64,000 nucleotides of DNA from the human T2T-CHM13v2.0 reference genome, Homo sapiens: assembly GCF_009914755.1 (NCBI RefSeq), contig NC_060933.1. One strand, 5' to 3'. The number at the start of each line of letters is the position of its first letter. Position 1 is the stretch's first letter. This document shows positions 12,059-26,062 of this stretch, in pieces. The notes under the pieces were generated by a model. It was not told where the DNA came from. It did no database searches and saw only the letters and a program-made list of their open reading frames with translations. Position numbers and translations under genes: made by a program.

Positions 12059-14193
12059 TACATTTCTAGAGACTTCCTGGGAATTTCTTCTCATTGTCTG
12101 AAACCAGTTCAAAACCTGTATTTTATTTATCAACTCTAGGAATTTACAGATTTGTTTCTATGTCTTTTAAAAGCCAGGCGTACATAATATCAAAGAGAGA
12201 ACTCATTAGATTTCCTTAATGTTAAGTTTTCTTTTAAAAAAAATTCTGATAATCAGCACATGACCAAAATACAATGAGGGTATTTAAAAAGAAGAGTCTG
12301 GATAGTGTACAACTCCTGCTCTTGGGTTGGCACTTCCAGTTATTAAATGGGACAATGATACCTAATTACATATTGGTGTTTTAACAAGGGACCTGGCTAA
12401 TTAACATTACTTACAGGAATGACATACACCCTGGTAGTGATTCTTAGGCTACTTGTTTCTCTTGTTTCTACTTTACTCAATAATAATTAAGGTAGCCTCA
12501 CGTCCAAGCATACGTGGGAATCTCCCTCAGACTGGTGAATGTAGGGTCCCTGGAAATTACTGCAGTAATCTCCATTGGAAGAGAGGCCTATTAGTTCCAA
12601 TATCCCGGGAAAGGGCAATTAGGACCCTTATGGTTTGAGAATTTAAAAGGAGATGCTACCTGGGGAGGAAGAAAGATGGCAGTTCTGGAACCACTAGTTG
12701 ACAAGTGCCAGACCAGTTGTAATCAGTCAACTAATATCCTAGAAGGTAGCTGTATAAGGGAATTAAGGAATAAAACACCAGTAGTTACAGTCTTGATACC
12801 TCAGTCTTGGGGCGCACTGCTTGGAACTGAGATAGTGAGATGAATCTCAACAAACCCAGTTGGCTCAAGTGAAGCATCACTGAAGCAGGGGACTCTGGAA
12901 TCTGGTGAATCATGAATTTTTACCGTCACCCCTATGGCAGCAGGAAGCAATGGCAGTAGTGGACTACTGAGATTTCAGTCTCTTCACTTGGGTGAAGCTG
13001 GATAGGCCCTTCCCACCTTAGACTGTGTTGCCCCAAGGGATCTAGTATGATTTAGTGAGAAGGTAAACCAGAGAGGAAGAAAATGGATTTCCTATAAATG
13101 AAGCAGAAATTGCTTAAGTAAACAATTAATTATGAAAGTAAAGAAATATGACCATATTTTAATTCGAAGTTTATAGAGCAGTTCATACCAGACTATACAA
13201 AATACCTAATTTGTATATATTCCCCTTACAAAATAACCCTCTTTACGGCTGAGTGAATAAATCTCCTTCCTTCATACTTGCATTTATCACGTATTTTCTC
13301 TGTTTAGGAATCTATAGATGTTCCTTTGGCCTATCTTATCATAGTCTACACTATAGACTCACAGGTGCCCATAAAATGATAAAATGAAATGAATAACTAA
13401 TTCATGATCCCTTTTCTTAGAGCAACCAGATTTTTTAAAAATATATAATCTGTAAGTTTCCTACCCTCTTTTGCTTATCCCTGTAGAGCTCAGGTCCAGA
13501 TACTTGAGCTGGTGACAGCTCCATGCCAGCACATGGATTCCTGCATTGGTAATCTGTCAGCAACCACTCACATTGAGATACCTAGAGTGTAAGTAAAAAG
13601 GACTTAATAGAGGCTTTTCACAAGTGGTCACACTTAGCTTCCCTTCTCCTATCTGTAGAACAAGAATTGGACAACTAGCTGAGAGGATGCCTCAGTGGAG
13701 TTTGCTGTTATAAAGATGAAACATACCAGTGCAATTCCAGTCACATTGTGCCTTGTCCCAAGTCTCCCTTTTCTAAGCAAGAAAAGAATTCTGTTTTCTA
13801 TCCTCCCCACATTTGCTTGGTCAAACACCATGAGCTCTAAATATCTAGAGAAGTTTAGCCTTCCCTAGATTTTCACAGAGTTTTATGATCCTAACAGTGA
13901 TCTAAGATTACAAGAATGATCTAAAAAAAGACATTAAGGATAATATAAACAAGACTTCTATGGGCAGATTTCAAATAAAACTGAACAGACCCACCTTTGC
14001 TGGGGTCTGGTTAAGATGCTTACGCATGAAAAAGCACCTGAGGGCTCGCAGATTAGTGCTGATTTCCACCAAGCTCATGACTGTTACTTGAGGACAGGAG
14101 CTGAGGACCAGGTTGTCCAGTTAAGGACACTGTGTCACAGTGAGATGGGTGAGCTGATCCCTCACCTACAGGGGGAAACAAGGACTTGTTTTC

Positions 14194-15291
<1,098 letters not shown>

Positions 15292-15429
15292 GGACTTGTT
15301 TTCAAGTTCAGGTCTTTCTGCACACAGAGGACAGGGCAATAAATCAAGTGTGCTAGAGGCATGATATGAATTTGTTCAGATGAATTAGCATCGTCATCAT
15401 CATCATTGTCATCGTCGTCATCGTCATAT

Positions 15430-15660
15430 TTATAGTTCCCAGTTGAGAAGTGCCTAAGTATGCCAGATTCCTAGGTAGGCCTTTTATAGGCACTAGTTCT
15501 AGTGCTTACAACAGTCCTATAAAATAGATGTTATTTCTTATTTCTTACAAATAAGAAAATTGTGAGTCTGGGAGTTAAATATCTCATTGAGGTTATCCCT
15601 AAGTAAACGACAAAGCTACAGTCAAATCTAGGGCTGATAGCTCCAGAGTCCACACTGAAT
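15430..15660 (-). mobile_element. MIR relic (preceded by (CAT/CGT)n at ~15389-15427)
   Basis: cttacaacagtcctataaaatagatgttatt..ttacaaataagaaaattgtgag..gttaaat pattern. Confidence 0.55.
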
Positions 15661-16137
15661 GAACTTTCAGTTGAGAACTAAACTAATAAGAGTCAGTCAT
15701 CTTATGCAAGCAACCAGGTTCTCTATTAATACAATCAGCAACTAAGAGAGACTTGATAATACTAGCCAAGTCCATTTTATATGGAGTTGGCTGTAAGATT
15801 CTAAGATTAAAAACAAGTTTAGGTCTAATAGGTTTCATTTACAATTACTATCAGAATAAAATGAGTTATAAAACACTAAGAAATTGAAGTGTTATTAAAA
15901 GAACAAAATATACCAAACTGGAAGATTATAAACATAGGAAAAATCAAATCTAACCTATGATTAATCCCACGATTTTATGTGATTTTTCTGCTTAGTTTAA
16001 CTACTGTTTACTATGTTTATAATTTTAACCCTCATGATTATGACTACTTTCTACTCTGTTGACAGAAAGATTTTATTTATCTCCCTAATATCATTATAAT
16101 CATAAAATTATTAAGTGCCTAATTGCAACTAAGATGA

Positions 16138-16495
16138 TGTATTAGTCCATTCTCACACTGCTGATAAAGGCATACCCAAGACTGAGTAATTTAAAAAAGA
16201 AACAGGTTTAATTGACTCACAGTGTCACATGGCTGGGGAGGCTTTACAATCATGGTGGAAGGCAAGGAGGAGCAAAGTCACATCTTACATGGCAGCAGGC
16301 AAAGAGGGAGCTTGTGCAGGGAATTCTCATTTATAAAACTATCAGATCTTGTGAGTCTTATTTGCTACCGTGAAAACAGGAAGGGAGAAAACCCCCCATG
16401 ATTCCATTATCTCCATCTGGCCCCACCCTTAACACATGGGGATTATTACAATTCAAGGTGAGATTCAGGTGGCGACACAGAGCCAAACCATATCA
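16138..16495 (-). mobile_element. THE1 (MaLR) solo LTR, THE1B/C-like
   Basis: tgtattagtccattctcacactgctgataaag ... agccaaaccatatca; 5-bp TSD gatga/gatgg. Confidence 0.9.
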
Positions 16496-18214
16496 GATGG
16501 TTCTAGGAACTGAACACAGACCCAGATTTTTCCTCTCATAATTTATAATAGAGCAGGATCTGAGAATAGTGGCTTATTGTAGATGTACACACCCACAGAG
16601 AAAGGATAATCAAATCCTCTATATCCTTCATCCACCCTGACATCTATCTCTGTCTTTCCATATATCTATATTTATTATATGTTCTATCTATCCATATATC
16701 TATGATGTCTCATTATTATGCTGTAATATTCCCTGTACCTGTTATAGTCTGATTTAAGTGCACATATATATACTTATGCTCTCTACATAAGTGACTACAA
16801 AAGCCCACTTTTAAAACCTTAAACTCCAAAGCTGAAAAAATCTCAAGGGCAAAGTTAGCATGTTTTTCTTCCATGATGACTCTTTTAAGAACTTATTGAA
16901 AAGCTTGGCATTCAGAGAACATCACAGAAAGGGTCTGATGTTCCAGGGCATAAAAAGATGGAAAATCATAGGCGAGATCCTGTTCACCATACCGTGTTAC
17001 GCTAAGTTATTTTCTCATATACTCAGGTGATCCACCCTTTAAGGTAATTTTATGTAAGAGAAAGTCAAACTTATATAGCAGGTAAATCAAGAAGTAGCTA
17101 TTCATTTTACAAATAATTTGAGGCATAGTTCCAAAATATAGCAAGCCCTTACTCAGTAGTTAAAATGAGACTTGATTCACAAAATTTCAATTTATACATA
17201 ATTTGCCATGAGATGGTCTTGATGACCTGGTCTCAGTCTAGTCCTCAGCACACATTTATGAAGCACTGACCTTGTCCCAGGAACTGCGCTTTGCTTGGTG
17301 AGCAGCACCTGGAGCACGCACAAAGATATTTTGGGGGCAGCCTCTAAATTTGTGAGCTTGCATACATTAGTGCCAGAATCTGCAGAATCCCCATTGGAAA
17401 ATAAAAATCAAGAGAGTCATGGAAGTGCTTATCCCATATTATGCTTAAAGTAACTAAGTGACCTCAAATATTATGGTGATACAGCACTTATGAAATCAGA
17501 TGCAAATAATTTAAGCAATAGCACAGCATCCATCATCTTATTTAAGATATCAAGCAATCCAACATTATGTACATATTGTTAATTTAAGAGTTTTTCGTGC
17601 ATTAAAAGTGAATGTCTAGAAATTGAGTAAGATTAAGCTACTGTTGCTGTGTGTTTGCAGTTTTGAGTGAAAACAGACTAAGAATGAGACTTTATTTCTT
17701 CCCAGAACTTTGAGCTTGTGAAAGACTTTCCCAAATATATCTAAATACATTATCTAGCAAGCTGAGAACAGACTTTCAACTTTTAATGAATAACTTCTTT
17801 CAAGTATATGACATTTCTATTAAAAAGAAAAAGAAATATAGTATTGTTCTCTCATTGCTTCTTCAGAGAGCATTCAAGGCAAGAACAGCTCAGAGCCCAA
17901 GATGAAGCTAGTAAAAGATAAAACTGAACTCATAAAATTTTTCATTCAGCTGCTTACATCAGAACATCTTTTCACTGGCTTTCAACCAACCAGTATCACA
18001 AAGCTTACAAAAGTTACATGGTGATCATCTGTTCTCAGCCAGAAATACTCTCCACTCTAAATTCACAGAATATTATGTGAATCAATATTCAGTTTATGAA
18101 AATCAGCCCATCTCATTGTCATATCATTTTTAACTAATCATATTTGGAAGGAGAAGTATACCCCCTCTCCTTCCATACAGAAGGAAGTCAATGGGATTTC
18201 ATGATAACAAATCA

Positions 18215-18420
18215 GAAAGCCTGGTTCCATGCTTGCTAGCTTTGTGACCTGTACCATACCTCTTGCAACTCCTAGAACCTCAATCATTCTGCCTGCAAAT
18301 TGGAGATGCTGCTACTTCTGACACAGGGAAGAGAGGAAGTTAATGAAATAATATTATAACAAGTGCCCTGTACAGTTCCTGGAACATAGAATGGGCTCAA
18401 TAAATGATAACTATTATCAT
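18215..18420 (+). mobile_element. MIR relic
   Basis: gctttgtgacct..aacctcaatcattctgcctgcaaattggag ... cctggaacatagaatgggctcaataaatg. Confidence 0.6.
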
Positions 18421-19218
18421 TGTTATTATCTCTTATGTTTTTCATAGTTTTATTGATTCCTGTAAATGTTAGTTCAGTTACACAAATGGCAAAAGATTCA
18501 GTTGATTGGTCAACTATTAGGTATATTACCTACTAAATAGCAATGTTTCCTTAGGAGAATTACATTTGCTCCTCCAGTTTCAAATATTTCTTTTTTTGAG
18601 TAGTCATAATCCAATGTGCAAACCCTTCTTATCACACAGATACTAGGAGATTCTGTCCCCCTTTAAATGTGCATTTCAGTTCATTACTTCACGATGACAT
18701 GAGGAAGCTACAAAAGCATTACTAGCCTTATATTCTGGCAATATAGAAACATGGAGACCACTGAAAAAGTCATTCTGAGTCCAGAAACTCTCACCATTTT
18801 GAAGACAGCAACATTAAGCACAGTTACCTCTTATAAATTTTCCAGGTTCCTGACTAGGCAGGCCTCAGAAACCTTGGGGACACTCCTGATATTCGGGGTC
18901 TGCAGGTGCGGACATTGCAGGGCCAAGGACCCTACACTCCTGGTGGTAAGCACAAGGCAGCCAAATACTTCTATTTTGTGAAGACTGATAAAGAAAACAA
19001 ATTGTGAAATATCGTACTGGGCACCCTGATCCACTATGCATGAGCAGGTCACTAAAGTTACTTGAACAATATTTTTATTTTTCCATGGTGGAAAGCCTGC
19101 ATTATAAAGTCACATTTGAGAAGTTAATATATAGTGCCGATAAGGTGAAAAGAGTGTGTAAATGATTCAATGAATGGATAAAATTCTCTAGGCATGTTAT
19201 CTTCAGCACATACACACC

Positions 19219-20110
19219 ACGTTGATTCTCGTTATTCACTGTAGTTAACCTTCCATAACGTTGCTGTAAACACTGAATTAGTGAATACTGAACCATAGCT
19301 CTTATGGGAAAAACAGTTAAGTTCTTGCTACATTTTCATCTCTGGTCACAACACTTTCATCAATCAATCAATATATAACCTTGTTTTATGTGTGTTTCTG
19401 TTTAGTGACCATTTATTCAACATATCTTGTTGATTCACTACCACTGAACTCATGGCCAACGGCACTATAGCTCACGCCTGAGGGAAGCTTCTCTAACACA
19501 TATATTTTCTCTGTAAGGCGCATCACAGCCTTCTTGCACTCAGAAACACCTAGTACTTCAGTACTATGTTTTGGGACTATTTTAAACAGTGAAATCACAA
19601 ACAAAAAGCACAAAATGTGAAAAAAAAAAGATGGCACAAAGGTGAAAGAGACATTTGTTTTTGATAGAGTTTCACTCTTGTTGCCCAGGCTGGAGTGCAT
19701 TGGCATGATCTCAGCTCACTGCAACCTGCGCCTGTGGGTTCAAGAGATTCTCCTGCCTCAGCCTCCCAGGTATCTGGGATTATAGGCGCCCGCCACCACG
19801 CCCAGCTAATTTTTTGTATTTTTAGTAGAGACAGGCTTTCACCATATTGGCCAGACTGGTCTCAAATTCCTGACCTCAGGTGATCCACCCACTTCGGCCT
19901 CCCAGAGGACATTTCTTTACTGTATAAGAGCAGAAACAAAAAGGCAAAACCTCATCTTGCTGGACCTTAGCTGCCAATACACACCTTAAGCGATTCAGCT
20001 TTGTTGCTGCCGTACACATGTCTGCAAATGGCCACAAAAGGACCTTGTGTATTGATATGGGGGTTACAAATATGTTTTAGAAAGCAGTCAAATTTGCAGG
20101 TGTGGAAAAG
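19219..20110. mobile_element. TcMar-Tigger derivative (MER6-like), interrupted by an Alu
   Basis: gttgattctcgttattcactgtagtt..aacactgaattagtgaatactgaacc; continues after the Alu to caaatttgcaggtgtggaa. Confidence 0.65.
19654..19907 (-). mobile_element. Alu (AluSq/Sp-like), 5'-truncated, very short tail
   Basis: gagtttcactcttgttgcccagg diagnostic; TSD gacattt (19650-19656 / 19908-19914). Confidence 0.9.
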
Positions 20111-20574
20111 AGAGTTTCTTATACTCATAGCTCCTAAGAGGAGAGGGCATGCTACATCACCCAGGGCTACACACGAGTTCAGGCAGGAGACAGAGGGAAC
20201 GAGGGAAAAACGTGGGCAAGAGCCTTCAATGTGGTTCCCACTGGAAGACAGACATGGGAGAGGCAGGGTAAGCAGGCTTAAGCTTGGCTAGTTTGAGTAA
20301 TTTTGCCAGGCTCTGGGGCACAGGGGCCACCCCTTATTGTCTGGTACCCTGCCCTGGGGTGATGAGGACAGACGGGTAGTAGCTTGGAAAGGTAAGAGCT
20401 AGATAAAGGAGGTAGTTGGGGGGTACAAGCCTTGGATTGGTTGGGAAAGCACATTTGCAGCCGAGTCCTTTGCTGTCTCTAGGAATTGGCTAGCCCTGGG
20501 AGGGACAGTCTCTTCAGAGTCAGCATGACCCCAAACATCAAAACATCAGAATAAAAAGCCATGCTTAGTGTACA
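20110..20574 (-). mobile_element. ERVL-class LTR (MER54-like)
   Basis: ggaattggctagccctgggagggacagtc..aacatcagaataaaaagccatgcttagtgtaca resembles the antisense MER54 5' end. Confidence 0.6.
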
Positions 20575-20959
20575 TCTACACGGGCCACTTCCCTCTGGCC
20601 CTCCTCCTCCTTCAGTGGGTCCCCAGTAATCACACAACCAAAAGAAGGGATCCTCTGCTCTGAGCATTTGAAGTCAAATACCCAAGGCAGCAGCCTTTTG
20701 CTTGATATGGTCACACACACTGCAGAGTGTAAAGCTGAGTGAAGTGTTTGTAGGAGGCCCAGGCTTGAAACCCATTGTCATCATTCAGTAGTCCCTGAGA
20801 ATATCATTTAGCCACTTAGAACCTCTGAGGTTCTTTTAAACAATCGGCTTATTAGTGATGATAATATCTACCAAATTTTTATGATAATAATGAGATAAGG
20901 CACTATAAGACTATAAAGGAGTAGGTGTTAGTATTTATAGTTATTTTAACAGTGTAAAA

Positions 20960-21185
20960 CAGATTGACAGAGGTGAAAACTGAAGTGTTTATGAGTGAAA
21001 TAATATATTTGGGATTTGCTTTAAATTATTCCAGCAAATGGACAAAAAAGTGAAAGGGACTGACTTTTCAATATTTGAAAAAAATATTGGTTATTATTAA
21101 AGGTGTATGATGAGTATAGGGCAATTAATTCTAAAATTCTCCTTTTGAGTATTCATGAATGTTTGCATAATAAAAATTTCTTAAT
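20960..21185 (+). mobile_element. Old L1M 3'-end fragment
   Basis: actgaagtgtttatgagtgaaat..tgggatttgctttaaattattccagc..cataataaaaa. Confidence 0.55.
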
Positions 21186-23959
21186 GCAGGGTGAAAGACA
21201 CAGAAAAAAAGAGGTATTAGATATTAGCAATCATTGGAGAATTACTATTATATAAAAACCCAAACACTATTGTATAAGACTTATTTTTATGATTGTGAAT
21301 CAAAAGCCCATCCTCTTCCTTAGACCCCTGGATTGCTAAGATGCCTTGATCTTTTCACTAGTTCCAAATATCTATAGGCTAATATTGACTTAGGTTAATC
21401 AAATTCTTGTTATAATACATTTGTATTAAGCAATAGAATTCCTAATGGTAAAACTATAATCAACATGTTATGACTGCTTCATGATGAGAAGTCCCATTCA
21501 ATTAGGGAATTTCCCCAATCAAAGGCCCTTCACTCCCAAGAGAGCTTCACTGAATAGCAAGTGGAGGCTGCTTAATTAGTGAGGTTAAAACATCTTTCAG
21601 AAACAAGGTCAAGATGACATTTCTATCGGTGCCAAGCGATGAAAGAATCCTCCAAACACAGCCTCAGAAATCTTGGTGTGAAAATTTCTGTAAGACTTAT
21701 TGACAGAAGATAAAGGAAAATATATTGATCTTAATATCAATGAATTTTTCTTTAGATATATACTAGATTTTGGCTTTACGTAAGAATTTCCTTAAGCTTT
21801 CCATAAAATGACCAGCTTTTTGCTTGAGAAAACTTTTTCTCTGAATTCATTATTCTTGTTTGAACAAATAAGAATCCTTAAAAAAAATCCATGAACCATA
21901 ATTGTAAGTCAATCAACAGAGAAAATTTAAAAATCAGCAATTCTCTGAGATTTACCTCTTCATAATGTCTTCATGGTTAAGAAACTGAGAGAGCTTGCGA
22001 GAAACATTGAGTCAGTCCATGCAATAAAGAGATGGACAATATAAGAGCCCCTTCAATCAAAATGTTGTATGCAACCACAGAGCACTCAATAACCAATGTG
22101 TCTGCCACAGAAAAGGACAGGAGATGAATCTACATAAATATACGTGGTGGTATCCGTCCATCTGAACTACAAAGAATGATTTCCTTTTTCTTCCCATAAA
22201 AAGAAAATCTCAGTGACAAATCCTGAAAAATCTTTGCCTCATCTGACCCAATTATTCTGCATTTCCCAAGTCATTACATTCTTGGTAGGATGTATCAACT
22301 TTCAAACCCCTCATTTAACTTTGTGTACTTCAATATAGCCTACAATTATGTTAAAACATTATTAGTTCTCTAAAAACATTTAACTGCTGAAACTGCTGGA
22401 TAACTTATAGAATATCCAAAAGTGTGAAATACGGGTCACATTATTTAGCACTTGCCCAATACCAGGGCCAGTGTGCTTTAAACAAAAGACCATTTTACAT
22501 CCCTTCTACACTTCCAAACCTCACTTTGGTGACAAGAATAAAGAAATATAGATGAGCTAGGAGGAGGAAAGCAAAGCTTCATATTTATTGAGTGTCCATA
22601 TTGATGGTACAAGCTAAATAAGTATTCATAATTTTCATTGTTAACTGGGAGGAAAATGAGGTTTAGGAGTTGCTATGTAGCCTACTCAAGCCTGGGCATC
22701 TACAAGAGGCTAAATTTCAACAATTCATGCTCTTTCCACCTCCTTTTGCTGCTTCTGAAGCCAAACTGAGGCTTACATTAGCAGTGAAATGTTTGAAATA
22801 TCTGCTACCTCTTCCTACCTCAAAGAGTCACAAAGTCAAATGAGATAGTATAGAATCCTATACTGAGCAGCACTATGTTAAAAGTGAAAAAAATAACGAA
22901 TGAATAAATAAAAAGATAGACAGCAGCCATTATCAAGTCTAGAAAATGACAGGAAGTCCTACTTGATAAGATTAGTTTCAACTACACTCATTTGGGGTCA
23001 CTGAGAATCGACACAATGTACCTTGCCTGTCACTCCCCAAGTTTATTTATCAAATCTAAATTCCTCTCAGTGTATTTGTGTTTTCACTTGACAAACCAAT
23101 TAATCTAACAGAAGTGATTAACTGAAAATAAAATTTTCTTTTCTTGACCTGAATTTTCCCAGAATAGCAAATACACTAAGACAAAATTGTTGCATTTATA
23201 AAAGGAAAACGCATGGTATAATATGGGATCATGTGCTTGAAAATACATTGCAAACTGTTCTAAAGCCTGTAAACGCTACGAAAATGTGTGCTTGCATTAT
23301 TACAAATCCAAGCCAACTAATGCCAAGTGGGCATAATGCTAAGACATAAAAGCTGAAAATAATCATAGCCAGGAATTTTGGTTATAAGACTCAATAATAA
23401 TAGGACTTTTACACCATCCCATGTGCCGGCTGCAGGACTGCAGCCTAGAAGAACACCACCCAAGGCCAAGTGGCTACAGAAATAGCAGCTGCTGAGATCA
23501 TCATCATCTAAGCCCAAAGTCATCTAAACATGAGGCCCAGTGACCACTCCCCTCAAAGAGATTAACTGCAAACAACCATGTGTTTTCATCAGGAATACCC
23601 AAAATATAAGTCTCTGGCCAGTTATTGTTTCCTCCACCTTCATCTCTCTTACCTGGTACTTTTGGGCCCTAGATCCAGCCTATTCCTCCCCCACCCATCT
23701 AAATCCTTGGGCTAGCTCTCCGGAAATGCTGCTCCATACACTAATTTTCTATGAATGTATCTGTTTCTTTGCTTAATCCCTCCACCTTGTTTTAAGAGAG
23801 ATCCCTGATGCAAATACTTGCCCGTATCTCTCTGTTTATTCTTTCACTGTCAAAAGAACACTGTTTATTCTTTCACTGTCAAAGTAGCTGAAAATCAGGA
23901 GGTGGAGTTTTTGTCCTCTGTGCTTCCCATCACCCCTTGCCAGCAATGATCATCTACCC

Positions 23960-25275
23960 CTATGTCATGTGTGACAGTTGCCATCTGCCATCCTTCCAGT
24001 GACTCATCACTTTCCTTTTCCCTCAGTCACCACCATTCCTGGGAGACTTCAGCACATGCTCATACCCTTCCTCTCCACCTCAAGTCCTCCCACCATCCTG
24101 GGTGACTTCAATAACCAAGTGGATGACCCATGTAACAGCTTGACCCTGGGCTCTTGACGTCCTTATCACTCATGACCTGATCTTCTCCTTTGTGTCCCAT
24201 CAGCCACCTGCTCCACTAGGATGGCTTTAGACTTTGTCATACCCTGAAATTACTAACCGGGACATCTGACATTTAGACCCTGTCTCCTTTTCCTTCCTAC
24301 TTATAAACCATTTTATTAAATATTCCCATTGTGACCATCCTTCTTTTCAGGGCCTCCAAATAATTATCTGCTTTACTGTCACTTCTACCATCAGCCTTCT
24401 AATTTCTTCATTTTCATTCTCTTCCTGCTTAAATTCCAGATCCACAATTTCAGCGATAATCTGGCCAGTATCCCAAGGTCCTGTCACACGTGTCTGGCAT
24501 AATCAGAATCCACATGAACATTATCCATGTTCTCTGGCCTTGCACTGCAGCAAGTCACACAACATACTGACATTTTAAACAAATGAGCAGCAACTTGTTA
24601 CACTCATCTGGTCAACATACTGCCCTCTCTAGAATGTCTACTCCAAATCTATGGCATCTCTCCCTAGACATGTCCATAGAGTGCCAGCTTCCTCTTTCCT
24701 CAAAGCCAATGACCTCCTACTTCATGGAGAATGTTAAAGCCCTCCATACCTACCACCACATTCTTCTGTGCAATTTTTCATCTTTCTCCACTTCTCTTAC
24801 ATTGGTTGAACAATTCTCTTCCTTTCCAGAGCCAGTTCCTAATCCTTGGATCCCATCTATTCTAGCATTTTCCAGAAACATACACTACTATCATCTATTT
24901 TTCTTATCCAATTGTTCCATCTCAAATGAATCTATGAATCTTTCCCACTGGAATTAGAGCATGTTCAAGTCTCATCAATTAGAAATCAAAAGGCTCCTTC
25001 GACTTCACATTTCTATGCAGTCATCACCTCCTCTCTCATTTTTGCCCTCTGGACAAAACCTCTGTTTTCTATTTCCATTTTCTTATTTCCCATTTTCATC
25101 AATTCATGCCAAGCCGGTTTTTGACCTATCGCTCTCCTAAAACAACTCTCATGAAGATCACTAATTATTGATAGAAGCTAAATCAACAGACATATTTAAC
25201 GCTTTGTTTTATATACTTTAGGCAGTCCTGGACACTGTTACTGTTGTTCATTTCTTAAACCATTCTCCTCTTTGT
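23960..25275 (+). mobile_element. L2 LINE internal (ORF2 EN to RT) relic
   Basis: atcctgggtgacttcaat = ILGDFN and ttagactttgtcata = LDFVI (APE endonuclease motifs). RT-like remnant near 25110-25250. CT-rich L2 composition. Confidence 0.7.
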
Positions 25276-25494
25276 ATTTAAACTCACATGTTTAAATGTG
25301 TGTTTATGGTTTAACTCCATGTAGTGGGAGGGTGGAGAAAGAAATATTCCTGCCTCTTCTTGTGGCCCCTAGTCTAGCACTCCAAACACCAAAAGGACCA
25401 ATAAACTCTTGTTGTTTAAACGAGCAGTGTCTTTGGAAACAACAATATGAGTGACCCAGGAAAACCTGTTTTAAAAATCTATCTGTTGAAAAAT

Positions 25495-25815
25495 ACAGAT
25501 GAATCTCAAAAACATGTTGAGTGAAAAAAGCCAGACATAAAAAGTACACACTGGTCTATAATCCCATTTAAATCAAGTTCAAGGAAAGGCAAAATTAAGT
25601 CATGGTGATATAAAAGAGAAAAGTGGTTACTTCCAGGGGTGGAGGGCAGATTACAACTGGAGAGGAACATGAGGGAGCTCTCTGGGGTGATGGAAATGTT
25701 CTATACCTTGATCTGGGTAGTGTTTACATGGGTGTATGTATGTGTAAAAAATTGTCAAGTACAAGCAGATGTGTTCATTTTACCCCTTGTGAATTATACC
25801 TCAATAAGAAAGAAA
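25495..25815 (+). mobile_element. Old L1M (L1MC/MD/ME-type) 3' end
   Basis: gatgaatctcaaaaacatgttgagtgaaaaaagccagac..ggggtgatggaaatgttctataccttgat..ttatacctcaataa. Confidence 0.75.
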
Positions 25816-25899
25816 CAACAAAATTAAATAAATATGCCTCATGTCAGATACAATCTATATAAAAGGGAAAACTTGGATGTACTTACTTGAGCACTTAAG

Positions 25900-26062
25900 C
25901 CAGAAGTCAGAGAACTATGGCCCCCTGGACAACCCTGTTTTTGTAAATAAAGTTGTATTGGAATACAGCCACACTCATTTGTTGACAGAAACTGTATCTT
26001 CTTCAAAGCCTCCAATATTTACTATCTGGCTCTTTTCAGAAAAAGTTCACCTACTCCTGACC
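25900..26062. mobile_element. hAT-Charlie MITE (MER58A-like, internally deleted)
   Basis: cctgtttttgtaaataaagttgtattggaatacagccacactcatttgtt..aatatttactatctggc. Confidence 0.65.

Noticed and set aside
12300-13150. Possible very old LTR or unique regulatory block
   Set aside because: No termini, TSD or family could be recognised with confidence by eye.
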